A DNA stretch of 64,000 nucleotides from IMG/VR virus record IMGVR_UViG_2974644955_000001, positions 10,705 to 74,704 of that record. The stretch is one strand, 5' to 3'. Made by a program: the position numbers and the translations under genes. Below, one piece after another: positions 37,701-45,342 of the stretch. The notes under the pieces were generated by a model, which was given only the letters and a program-made list of their open reading frames with translations, made no database searches and was not told the DNA's origin. This stretch comes from a virus (taxonomy: Duplodnaviria > Caudoviricetes). The number at the start of each line of letters is the position of its first letter. The stretch's first letter is position 1.

Positions 37701-40011
37701 TACGCAATTCCTTCGCCACAACTCCCGCAGTGACGACCTGTCCTTTTTGGTTGATGATCGCAGCGTCTTTGGGGAAAATCCCCGTCTGGGCAACTGCCTG
37801 CGCTGCGAGGACTAGATCCCGTCCAAAGTCATTGATGGAACGATAACCCTTACGAACTTTAGGGTCATTCCGACCTTCGGTGAAGATCTGACGACTTACT
37901 CCTTTGATCGTCTTTTCTTGAGTCTTTGGGCGGGAGCCTGGTTTCAGTGAGATATTCTCACCTTCACTCAACTCAGCCTGGCTCTCGACATTACGATTGA
38001 TGATCTCAGCCAGACGAGAAGACACACGAATATACTTCGCGTCTTCCGGACTCACATCCCTCTCATTATCTTCCAAAAGATTGTTGCCCACATCTGGGTT
38101 CATGTTACCCGGATTGGTACGTGCAACGTTGACCACACTCGATGTGGATGTATCTGCACCCTCATCGTTCAGATCGACAGCAGCAGCCCTCTCACGGATG
38201 TTCTTGACCATCTTGGTAGACATCAAACGACCAACAGCCTTCTGTTGATCTTGAGGCAATGAACCAACGATAGACTCCAGACGGTTCACCATGTCAGCAG
38301 CATAGACCACATCTTGATCTGTTGGTTTGAAGCGACGGGTTCCCATCTTGGCCATAATACCAGTCAGGCTTTCAACGATATTCCGTCCACCACCAGCAAC
38401 GTCAGAGAAGCCCTCTGGAGCTTCACGAGCATCCGGAGCGTCAATCACTTCAGTGACCTTGGGATCAATGGTTCCATTGGCAGCCTCGGTACGAAGAGCC
38501 TCAGTCACATCAATTGTGGTCTGTACGTTCTGACGAACTTCTTTGTTGTCAGTGGAGTCATCAATCCGATTGAGACCCTCATTGACCACTGCACCAGCAG
38601 CACGAGCCACAGGAGCAGCAGCAGCCCCGACAGCTTCACCTACAGGAGCGAGAGCACGTCCAGTCGCATCAGCAGCCCTGGAAGCCCGTGAGCCTTCTCC
38701 TGGAGCCGTTTCAGCGAACAGAGCATTAGCTGCATTGCGTGCTGTACCAAGAGCAACAGCAGGAGCACCCATGGTTCCAGCAGTACCCACACCAGCAACA
38801 AAACCTACACCTGCCCCTGTACCGACACCTTCCATGGAATCACGGCCAATGGCAGCGTAATCCTCAACGGCAATGTTTCGGTTATAGACAGACGTACCTT
38901 CCTGACCCAGTTCTTCAACACCCTCACCTGCAATTTGCAGAAGGTTGGAAGCAACACCTTGGCCTCTGAATGCCAGAGGACCAAGAGCTTCAAAACGAGA
39001 AGTGATGAAACCAATGGCCATAGTAGATGGAACCTGACGAAGCAGAGCAGTTTCAGCAGCCAAACCAGCAAGCTGAACCTTTGCTTCTTCGGGGGTCATA
39101 GTCGGATCTTCATCCAGCATAGCCTGCATGACAGGAGACGTAGCCAAGAGTTTCTCAGTTTCGATCCCCATGACATCTGTGACAGTCTCGGAATAGACGT
39201 TACCCAGTTCAGGGAAACCTGTGGTCGCAGAAATGGCCATTGTTCCAGCAACACGTTGAGCCAGAACACTCTTGGTTGCCACACCAGCGGCTTGCATTGC
39301 AGCCTTACCTGCCACACCACCCAATGGCGCTGTGAAAACCATATCACCAACAGACTCAGCAATCGTATTGGACAGCAAACCAGGATCACGAAGATATCGT
39401 TGACCTGCATTTACAGCGTTACGACCTTCACGCTGCCATTTGGCAATAGTTTCACTTTTTCCTGCCTCAATGTCACGTTGGTATTGAGCCTCAGAATCCT
39501 GTTCATCCAGTTGACCTTCGATACCCTCGAAGTACCGTTTGCCTTGGAGTTCGTCAGACAGGTTCATCTCTTGCATTCCTGCAACGATCTCAGCATGAGC
39601 CTGCATGAGAGGAGCAGCACGTTCTGCACCTGAACCACCTTCAGGATTCAACCATGCACGAGCATAGGAATCAGCAAGAATACCTGCTTGTCCCAAGGAG
39701 CGATATGCCCCGGTGGAAGCAGAAACAAATAGATCACTGGCAGCAGTGTCTACATCATCAGAGGTATTGAGACGTTCTTCACCACGAACAAGACGGTGAC
39801 GGTTGTTCGCAACATCATCCCCGTACTTCATACGAAGACCGGAGACACTCATTTCACGAAGGTCTGTGGAGAGTTCAGTATCTGCTAGATCGTTACCACG
39901 CTTGTTGGCGACAGCGAGAGTATCTTGGACTTGTCGATCACGCAAATCTGGGGCTTGAGCCAGAGTAGCTTCAATCTCTTCGTCCACCGAAGGGGTAACT
40001 CGATCATTCAT
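28729..40011 (-). CDS. vRNAP: Virion-encapsidated RNA polymerase (N4 gp50-like), 3760 aa, multidomain
   Basis: Motif A FELDGLTNG, motif B RSSAKNPMTKVNYGSG, motif C LGVFDGL; giant size; no Cys found on reading the translation; C-terminal HEMVH zincin. Confidence 0.97.
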   Translation of the reverse strand: MNDRVTPSVDEEIEATLAQAPDLRDRQVQDTLAVANKRGNDLADTELSTDLREMSVSGLRMKYGDDVANNRHRLVRGEERLNTSDDVDTAASDLFVSASTGAYRSLGQAGILADSYARAWLNPEGGSGAERAAPLMQAHAEIVAGMQEMNLSDELQGKRYFEGIEGQLDEQDSEAQYQRDIEAGKSETIAKWQREGRNAVNAGQRYLRDPGLLSNTIAESVGDMVFTAPLGGVAGKAAMQAAGVATKSVLAQRVAGTMAISATTGFPELGNVYSETVTDVMGIETEKLLATSPVMQAMLDEDPTMTPEEAKVQLAGLAAETALLRQVPSTMAIGFITSRFEALGPLAFRGQGVASNLLQIAGEGVEELGQEGTSVYNRNIAVEDYAAIGRDSMEGVGTGAGVGFVAGVGTAGTMGAPAVALGTARNAANALFAETAPGEGSRASRAADATGRALAPVGEAVGAAAAPVARAAGAVVNEGLNRIDDSTDNKEVRQNVQTTIDVTEALRTEAANGTIDPKVTEVIDAPDAREAPEGFSDVAGGGRNIVESLTGIMAKMGTRRFKPTDQDVVYAADMVNRLESIVGSLPQDQQKAVGRLMSTKMVKNIRERAAAVDLNDEGADTSTSSVVNVARTNPGNMNPDVGNNLLEDNERDVSPEDAKYIRVSSRLAEIINRNVESQAELSEGENISLKPGSRPKTQEKTIKGVSRQIFTEGRNDPKVRKGYRSINDFGRDLVLAAQAVAQTGIFPKDAAIINQKGQVVTAGVVAKELRNFAQHMVNKVTALNESAANNVTTESGNVVAPTVDFQALMNGELRTTEGNKTSIKGVWYSPTNEKSAALALQVEQDANALIDTYNLLLQEFPEFFDADAKPMENIEVAKPDPKPTGIEEVSGQETDEQNPQTQEQTETPTAIDETEGATEVEEDTQASRRKKAYENISDEALADQITFAEKQVAEARKRLNRLIARETRNPGTETGPIQKFEKLLAERQEDLDTLNEILNDRTDELPDNFNVPEGATLTAGEPQLMQLYHGTGSRFEQFDVRKVGKNLKDKSGLFFTNSLELARDYAKLSNLKGGNDPHVKEVAVDLQKPMEIDVPGQRPDQFWINNQKDLNGLMVQGGYDGAIVRGLDGEIMVVKRDASGVTILQQDIDQPTAVEEDGESRSDELSDEASDERSESEPEEGNEEGGESSSDEQEYQKVYELLTTPEMWPEGPRKRLDEQKTAFRRAARSLIKEYFGNKLARREKGIVMYPAEVMNDAGMADDESNQIFLSDELWDAEKQELTRLGKAVVIHEMAHIIDFSEKSFGDVDREISSRVSFDQDGAITAEFELLKDRGDWVRGRYDYAVGQDSDTQRRREIFAIISELWFSKDPSLMDGMNKAKELMEEVYGPRERDTVGTPAESTEVSEGDAIDVPSTTEEPGDGTPEEAQVSPAADENFPTKGGEAPVKGIDDLAAREGMNQEHITVARELKAEIGRRLNARLQRKVKNSGKVATFAEHFLSGKFFKQFKMIALMNPETQAYDNQVIEMATIAIVDFITSAAAIDPRKLDDTLEDRGLTMNDVEESSLQAILNGLPASQVKDQLASDFMRLMNRSENKDRPVNELEGLAQGFAAEMITIMDEMDIVSVDKIKLSGATSVSAGLGGSVEITPPNADEALTITVTGDKLTTLQQRIRNAGGERVTNTARESIFNDVRATYSIGEKIKTVPVKGERSDVRLSSLITKAVKKMQDTGHRANVNRGTILGALGEDGLEKWLGFVPDATTIAHPILRKSALGKNATVRLNIIEVNEIMSALGDNIQALIYYPVGITKVGRHQYQGPNPQANKLLRFFASPTWSTVDTNDKADMDGFWLGIAQASGLFKVEKRNETEVLSEVKEAFEAKFRPAVDMTKAILTGGEVDVDTYIEALQSDDPAVLGAIEAMASMELALESGETSFETSLSFELDGLTNGAANMMVNFGHGLIAAEEWENFNRIGLFLGKIGRTVNDYFGSKQTTDLYEQVAQRTDDLLAAAGTDLKPWQRKQRAAAKRLAWAFSESERVETPDGSIEYRMTRSSAKNPMTKVNYGSGVQGVASGVAGDMLLDFYEKAQGMGENQSYEEYFYPEIREDMANMGLFLPKNPDKNFVFPIDQVNKFKTAVQFTIGQALTDATREVLGPRIEQLNDMLVLVTNMQNAYVQRMYDKAIADAVKEAGVRSPAQLPRATFERIQKEMYQLTPIFRSDDQTLAIGGFDKKLTDMRVSSNMDEGIRTPARMPLPDDIGVKALPFMVIGSGDAMMMNFFFGSDNAPEDVLGVFDGLDVPVTKIRDYSPQINEAVNKSWKRDVLGMALQNFESFLERVDDPATFEAAAADVLGNFKKKTVVAANWKELHEQLKERYKENKARKKIIAQMQKSVDQMGGGGIGFSEDGSEWNRTETNARIELEMKDPGSNINDRAETKTPVTVSDARTVLKVTKWTQNEKQTVDILKPLLGDTRVIFGTLDQLNQWKWENMPDDGSVLRARGTYDAKNDIIYITTKSNETILHEMVHAATYGKVLEHYEGKKNPAVERLEDLARQFVEIESDNKAVLRAQSVMNRRFVKGKPQDKASAINEFMAYALSNQGVRRTLENEQANILKKISDAVVKLMRRIMGGVRQDMFSHTVFNTRVLFGDNDGGTGGGGVIVSGGGNNGDGGGNGGPPQTDDPFHNFTNYWINTLRDWIADKASDEQVQRTSLELANAQRVIDDLRQAGLLHNTRDQATFKAIYGIMLSEMKLTPQSRIQLTRVFQHILDNLDPQMFGEGTEANNIYSAVVNTLSDKDATPGHAVAVLFGLSQTSTRMKAVMEQIPQPTGDNSIQGTLPAFMQKMTAFTMQKLTASLDADTKPPKEVLDLIAATIVDHDVNEEYRVLSHITTNLENADNYVSGAFSSVSGMMREKNADVQASTRNTAVKLLMGTVTVAGTNLLSREGAALTGEASKRFVNQFEGWKVLIPFQELVTEMVGTDRQNERITALLDKINAGIAGMRQAFREDLPGILERVFQTPPSKEQWKSMFNTLAKTDVYSVLDVNNMQNSMKVMEERSTRQTMLNNIENEIRTKLNQSNADAAIQKGEQLANFMSNGIVGKMLMRNAYAIMNGLEGSIPAEVEGLLDRWISIKAIDVMDPSTREDVVQLWQNDPNAIVAIVTYLQQLSEQEEAKEPSNQARLNAWKGYIPNEGGKNLQIVVELDESEREMNRKGYKKLGAYTGDASSVFPKSYYISNVRRQGAYTQGALQNVANTYRGVDTSNGLSVTGNTAGYISNEDGLVPGLVNDQLRESTTVENDQENVMPVHAEDGSIQGFELSVSKDVMDLHSGREENLAVMMGAWAGRQVEESLAAEYNKTLADELKKVWDQRERGSESTFVDFKESEDPIHKDTWSLVPQTTKVYLENIFGSDGVMIPRAMINLSVGYREASITDMWNGKSRMPDQVQKAVRVSTERLLGRSAMRWLSAGEEGFQGIVATAKDIIVVRSLIVPAMNMRSNAIQLMNAGVPHKTMVKDFRSKLAEIEEYNNNEVKIKELQAQLLLAGNNQQRRTVIEDKIRVIEDLNKRMTIAPMIEAGAYKQLSEGITDLDVAITSGKLAEYMEKLADKLPVGGGIVKIGMVSKSTDMYKAANRATQYGDFLAKSIYYDHLIKQGVSESQAITRMNEEFVNFTPAPGRTRSYLERMGLLWFPSFKLRIAKIAMKQIRENPVRSLALNMMLPDIGSPIQDNIFQVMIEGRLDYATGMEMLFAAPELNPWYNLMLD

Positions 40012-40072
40012 TGCAATATCCTAGCAAGTTGTCTTGATAGGTATTCTCATAAATGATCGAGCAGATCAAGCG

Positions 40073-42133
40073 TTACTGTACTCGACGGACTGAAGCCCCT
40101 GGACCTGGAGTAGCAAGAGCAGCCGCAGCTTCCCTTGCATCTTCTTCCTCAACGATAGAGGAGTATTGTTGCAGTTCTTTCACCAAACCTTCACGTTGTT
40201 CCCGCAAGTCTTGCAGTTGAGTCTCATAACGACGTTTCAGTTCTGGGTCATTCTGTACAGCAGAACGACGCAACTGAGACTGGATCTGAGCTTCTTGAGA
40301 AGCATTCAGAGTCATTTCACGATCAACACGATCAATGTTGTTCCGGGCTTCTGCGAAGTTCCGGCCACCATCAGTCGAGTATGTACCAAGCAGTTCTTCC
40401 ATCCGGTCAATGCTGACTTGGTTGTTGAGTGTGTTACGACCAGTTGGGTCAGCTTCAAACACACGAGAAGCCAACGCATAAACCTCATCAATCGTAAGAT
40501 CTGGATCCGATTTCCGAAGTTCACGGTGTGCTTTCTGCAAGTGCTGATCCATGGTTGCTGGATCAAAGTCTGCATCCCGACCAAAGATCGGGTTGTTCTC
40601 GAAGTCATCATCCATCAGACGGAACTGATCAATCAGAGCAGCCGACTTCTCAGTGGATGTGCTCATCCCTGCGAAACCTTCTGCATCCACAGTCAACTGT
40701 GCTTCTGGTGTACCACCAACGGCACCACGAGCCAGACCAATATCAGTCTGTTGATCAGCCGTTTGTGTCTGACGAATCAACTGTTCAGCAGTAGATTCAC
40801 CTGGAGTGAGGTTTTCCTGAAGGATCGGGCTGCCATCATAGATCTCAGACAGACGTTGTTCCAACGCATAGATCTCTGGTTCAGACATATCCAAACCAGT
40901 TTGCAGCATTTCTTCACGACCTTGACGAATGAATTGCTCTTTCGTTGTGATGTTTGGATCCTGAGACAAGCTCTCAGCAGTCAGCAGAGTCTGATCAAGG
41001 ATAGTCTCAACACGCTGTTCTTCGTTGAGTGTATCACCCCGTGTTGCAGCTTCTTCCAATGGAGACTGTTCTGCTCGGATTTCAGAAGGAACGAACAGAC
41101 CAGATGCAGCCATACGAGCAGCAGTCTGATCACCACCAAATCCACGAATAGGTTCTTGATTGCCTTGGTTGTCCCGACGATCATTGACGATTGGACCACC
41201 CCAAGCAGGCTGAGAAATAGCAGGGTTGTAATAGTGAGTCGCACCCTGTGTCGGATCTTCATACTGACCACTCAGAATTGCTTGAGCTACAGCCATAGCT
41301 TCTTCACCTGGCTGGAAGTTCATATCCTGACCTTGTTCACCACCAGCATAGCCAGTTTGTGAATTCCAGGCAGAGAATTGGCCAGGTTTCATGATGACGC
41401 CATCAATGCCTTCACCATATTTTCCTGACGCAGCACGGTTACGAATGACCGAACCAACAGCCAACATACCTTCAGCACCTTGGTTCCCGGCTTCTGCTTG
41501 CAGAGTACGAGCCAAACGCATGACAGTTTCAGGAGAAGCCTGAACGGCTCCTGTGTTACCGTTGACTGGGCCTTGGCCCGGATCAGCGTTACCAAAGACG
41601 TGATCACCAGCACGGACAAATTCACCTTGTCCCCGTGGGATCGAGCTACCATTGTTCAGACCACCAAGGCGATCATTGACGATACTGCCAGCATTTTCCT
41701 GAAGCCATTCACGTTGATCAACCATACGGCCATCTTCACGCATAAAGATCCCGTGTTTGTCACGAGATTGGCTCATGTTCTGATACGTGTTCGCTGTGCG
41801 AGCATCAGTATTTCGGGTGTTGGAATTCGTGTAATCCAGATCACTCCGACGAGTCATCGTATCACGAAGATCAGTCAGACCTTTCTCACCCAGATTCAAA
41901 TCATCGAATGCACCAGCTTGGTACATTGCAGTGATCTCATCTTGGCTCTTACCACCAGTCCGACGAAGAAGTTCATTGTGTGCTTTGGTTTCAGCACCTT
42001 CTTGATAAGACGAAAGAATTCCTTTGGCTGCCTCACCAGCAGCCATTAGAGATTCATTGGAGCCTCGCATCAAACCAGCCACATTAGGTTGGGCTTGGTT
42101 CAACTGTCGCCACTGGAGTCTTGGATCAGCCAT
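40073..42133 (-). CDS. Ejection/internal virion protein (N4 gp51 position) with SleB-type cell wall hydrolase domain
   Basis: LARTLQAEAGNQG..GMLAVGSVIRNR, VIMKPGQFSAWN, GATHYYNP; no Cys seen; next to vRNAP. Confidence 0.85.
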   Translation of the reverse strand: MADPRLQWRQLNQAQPNVAGLMRGSNESLMAAGEAAKGILSSYQEGAETKAHNELLRRTGGKSQDEITAMYQAGAFDDLNLGEKGLTDLRDTMTRRSDLDYTNSNTRNTDARTANTYQNMSQSRDKHGIFMREDGRMVDQREWLQENAGSIVNDRLGGLNNGSSIPRGQGEFVRAGDHVFGNADPGQGPVNGNTGAVQASPETVMRLARTLQAEAGNQGAEGMLAVGSVIRNRAASGKYGEGIDGVIMKPGQFSAWNSQTGYAGGEQGQDMNFQPGEEAMAVAQAILSGQYEDPTQGATHYYNPAISQPAWGGPIVNDRRDNQGNQEPIRGFGGDQTAARMAASGLFVPSEIRAEQSPLEEAATRGDTLNEEQRVETILDQTLLTAESLSQDPNITTKEQFIRQGREEMLQTGLDMSEPEIYALEQRLSEIYDGSPILQENLTPGESTAEQLIRQTQTADQQTDIGLARGAVGGTPEAQLTVDAEGFAGMSTSTEKSAALIDQFRLMDDDFENNPIFGRDADFDPATMDQHLQKAHRELRKSDPDLTIDEVYALASRVFEADPTGRNTLNNQVSIDRMEELLGTYSTDGGRNFAEARNNIDRVDREMTLNASQEAQIQSQLRRSAVQNDPELKRRYETQLQDLREQREGLVKELQQYSSIVEEEDAREAAAALATPGPGASVRRVQ

Positions 42134-42143
42134 GGGTCATTCC

Positions 42144-42611
42144 TTACAGAGAGTTCTCTTGGATGTACGAATCCGTTTCAGCAGCACCTTTACCTTCAGT
42201 GAAGTGACGCGAACGAATACGATCTTCGAGAGCCGTATTATACGTTTGTGTTTGGTTCGCAAGGTTGGTGTCCCATTGCTCACGAGCAAAGTTCATCTGT
42301 TCCTTGGCCATCTTGTGCTGTTGGAAAGAGTTCCACAGTGAACCAAGAACCTGAACACCACCGATGATCGTGTTCATTTTACCATGTTCACCAAACCAGC
42401 CAGGACTGGTTTGAGCACCAACTCCACCACCTGTGCCACCAGTTCCACTGCCAACACTTCCAGAAGGAGCAGTGTAACTTAGAGCACCACCCCCACCGCT
42501 CGACATGGGAGCTTGGGAGCCAATAGAATAATCTGCTGCCCCGGTAGCCCAGCTACCGAAGGTGCTTCCATTTCGGGTTGCATCACCCAGTCCAAAAGAC
42601 AATCCACTCAT
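42144..42611 (-). CDS. Small internal virion protein (N4 gp52-like)
   Basis: Gly-rich N-terminus, amphipathic segment and Gln-rich coiled C-terminus; synteny. Confidence 0.75.
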   Translation of the reverse strand: MSGLSFGLGDATRNGSTFGSWATGAADYSIGSQAPMSSGGGGALSYTAPSGSVGSGTGGTGGGVGAQTSPGWFGEHGKMNTIIGGVQVLGSLWNSFQQHKMAKEQMNFAREQWDTNLANQTQTYNTALEDRIRSRHFTEGKGAAETDSYIQENSL

Positions 42612-42614
42612 TTT

Positions 42615-45338
42615 TCAGTTCCTCGGCAAAGTTCTAGCGACACTTACGTAGTCATATACCATCGAATGGGTAAGTTCTACAATGTCCGTTCCAGTCATCG
42701 TGGTTCGCCGGATGTACTCGTCAGCAGTCTCGGGCATATACCCTCGATTACCGCGTCGTCCATTGCCTCTTCCCCAGTTAGTAAGGAACATTGGGTTAAA
42801 ATTCAAATTGTTTCCGCCCAAGTTATCAATAAGATCTTGGATTCGTTCCATTTCGTTCTCGTAGTCTTCACCATCTTCTTCCAGATCTGCGTTCATTTCG
42901 TTGATGTCACCTTGGACCCAACCAGAATAACCATTGGCTACAGCACCACCCAGCTTCAGAAGACCTTCAGCAGAGAACATATCCACACCAGTGACCGCTG
43001 CACCGATTGCAAACCCAGCAATAGCAGCAAAGATAGCTCCCCACTTCTCACCGAACAGGGCTGTACCTACGACCTTCAGAATCTCTGAAATCACGATGGA
43101 TGCGATGTAGTTGGCAACGACTCCTGCAACCAAGGCAGCCGTGCCTGTTAAGCCCAGGGCGGCACCAACGGCAAGGTTACTACCTAAAATGCCTCCTCCT
43201 GCGGCAAATGCTCCTGGGAACACCACGACTGCAATGACGATGATTAGGATAACCAGCAGGATCTTGAAGATACCTCGCTGATACCAGCGTTGTTTTGTGA
43301 CCTCGTAGCTGTTGAACAGAATGTGAGCATTGGCTGTCGCCATCTGCGTATAGTCTACGATGTTCATTTCTGACATCGTTGGATAATGCAGAGGGATCAG
43401 GAAACCTGATTCTTCATTGTCATCAAGAGCTTGACTTGAAGTGATTTTGACAGCCTTGCCTTTATAGATGTAGTTCTCGGAAACAAATCCCCAGATCGCC
43501 ATCTTACGGTAGGTATTCGAATCAACCTGCCAGAAGATATACATCTTTTGGATCCGGCTTGTTTTGTATCGAATAATGGCATCAAAAATGTTGTAGTTGT
43601 CCCGTTCCTGCCAGACGAAATCATCACCTTTGTTCAGGTGGAAATCATCCACTGTGGGGACATCCACACCCACATGATCTGCATCATTGTGGTATGAACC
43701 AACATGCTGACTGATCTCCGTATGGACCCAGGAAAGTCGGTAATCGAAACCAAAAGTAGAATCCTTCAACTGAATGGTGTTGATCGGGGGTCGAGTAATC
43801 TTTGGCAGTTCAGGACGTTGAGGAATCGAAAACCAGCTTGTGTTATCCCAGTTGGTATTCTCCCACGTTTGTAGTGCAGACAAAGCTGTATTGTATGCTG
43901 CAACATCAGCAGCAAGATCTGTCATGGCGTTACCAGATCCACCAGACTGGAAGGGGATCATTTTCTCCATGAAGTTGTAGATGTACTTTTTGCAGGCATT
44001 CTCTTTCACATTCAGAGATGCACCAAAGCACAGATACGCAAAGTCGATATCATCAATAGAGGGGTTATCCTCGACTGAAGTAATCAGATCATCGAATTTC
44101 TTTCCCTGATAAGCCCGTTTGTAGGCTTTCTTGGTTGCTTCGTATTCTGTCTGATACTGTGGTTCAGTGATCGACACGTTGTCGATCCGGATAGGCATGA
44201 AGGGGAAAAACTCCTGGAAACCAGAAGAGTCAGCCTCGGTTGCCAAAGCATCCAGAGTCGCATTGCCTGTGCCAATCTCATAGATGAACACCTGTTCAGG
44301 GCCATACTGTTGTCCCACATAGAGATCCTGAGTGTCATATCGTGTCGTCCACGATTCAGCCACCTGCTCTCCTGTGGTTGTTGCAGTCTCTGTCCGGATC
44401 AAACCACCACCAAGATCAGTCTGAGTGATCACGGTATTGGTATATCCACCCACCACAGTATCTGTCCCAGTAAAGTTCCAGATCTGCTTCTCACCTTGAA
44501 GCTCGATCCCATTCTGAGAGATCACCACTTCACGAGACCAGACTTCATCAGCAGTGTTCAACTGTGCAGAGACATCAGCATTCACTGCATTCTCATGAGT
44601 GACATCCGGATCTCCGTTGCTGTACGAATAGATCGTCGTCCGGTTTCTCGTCAGAGTCACCGGGGTAAACGTCTGAGTGTCTGAATCAACATCGAAACCA
44701 GTCAGAGAAGGAAGAGTTGTGACCCCTGTTGTTGGGGTTCCCTCAACTACTGCACTCTCTGAGGCGTTCGAGTATTCAATGAACTTGGCCCAGACATATC
44801 GTTTGCTGGAGTCGAAGACAGGACCAGTGCTCCCATCATTGAGCCAAGAGAAAAAGTCATTGTTCGGAAACTCGACCGAGAATGTGTTTGTGGCTGGATT
44901 GAATTCACCCAGCCAATCCTCACCCAATCGGGTAGGATGATTCTCCAGGATCCATTTGATGATCCATGGTTCGAAATCCCCGTAGGAGAGTTCTGAAGAG
45001 AACACTGTGATCTGCAATCCAGGAGGTGCAGGTGGAGAAGCTGTTAGAGGAATCTGACCAGCTACAACTGTCGTATCCACTTTGATGTCATTCACAATCG
45101 TAGTGGAAACCATCCCAGGAATGTTGTTTCGATCAGCGTACCGAAAGAACTGACGTTGTTTCATCCCAGGACCACCAAACAATGATGTCTGGATGTCATC
45201 AGACAAAGATGGACTGTTCGACATAACGCTGCCGAAGATGGTCCCTTTGATGAAATCAGGACGATCATTCTCGTCCCCAGCCATATTATACAATGTGCTG
45301 GAGACGGTGATGATTTTCTTGGATGAGAAAAGCCCCAT
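42615..45338 (-). CDS. Virion structural protein (N4 gp53-like)
   Basis: MGLFSSKK start, WYQRGIFKILLVI membrane-like C-terminal region; synteny. Confidence 0.75.
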   Translation of the reverse strand: MGLFSSKKIITVSSTLYNMAGDENDRPDFIKGTIFGSVMSNSPSLSDDIQTSLFGGPGMKQRQFFRYADRNNIPGMVSTTIVNDIKVDTTVVAGQIPLTASPPAPPGLQITVFSSELSYGDFEPWIIKWILENHPTRLGEDWLGEFNPATNTFSVEFPNNDFFSWLNDGSTGPVFDSSKRYVWAKFIEYSNASESAVVEGTPTTGVTTLPSLTGFDVDSDTQTFTPVTLTRNRTTIYSYSNGDPDVTHENAVNADVSAQLNTADEVWSREVVISQNGIELQGEKQIWNFTGTDTVVGGYTNTVITQTDLGGGLIRTETATTTGEQVAESWTTRYDTQDLYVGQQYGPEQVFIYEIGTGNATLDALATEADSSGFQEFFPFMPIRIDNVSITEPQYQTEYEATKKAYKRAYQGKKFDDLITSVEDNPSIDDIDFAYLCFGASLNVKENACKKYIYNFMEKMIPFQSGGSGNAMTDLAADVAAYNTALSALQTWENTNWDNTSWFSIPQRPELPKITRPPINTIQLKDSTFGFDYRLSWVHTEISQHVGSYHNDADHVGVDVPTVDDFHLNKGDDFVWQERDNYNIFDAIIRYKTSRIQKMYIFWQVDSNTYRKMAIWGFVSENYIYKGKAVKITSSQALDDNEESGFLIPLHYPTMSEMNIVDYTQMATANAHILFNSYEVTKQRWYQRGIFKILLVILIIVIAVVVFPGAFAAGGGILGSNLAVGAALGLTGTAALVAGVVANYIASIVISEILKVVGTALFGEKWGAIFAAIAGFAIGAAVTGVDMFSAEGLLKLGGAVANGYSGWVQGDINEMNADLEEDGEDYENEMERIQDLIDNLGGNNLNFNPMFLTNWGRGNGRRGNRGYMPETADEYIRRTTMTGTDIVELTHSMVYDYVSVARTLPRN

Positions 45339-45342
45339 TCAA

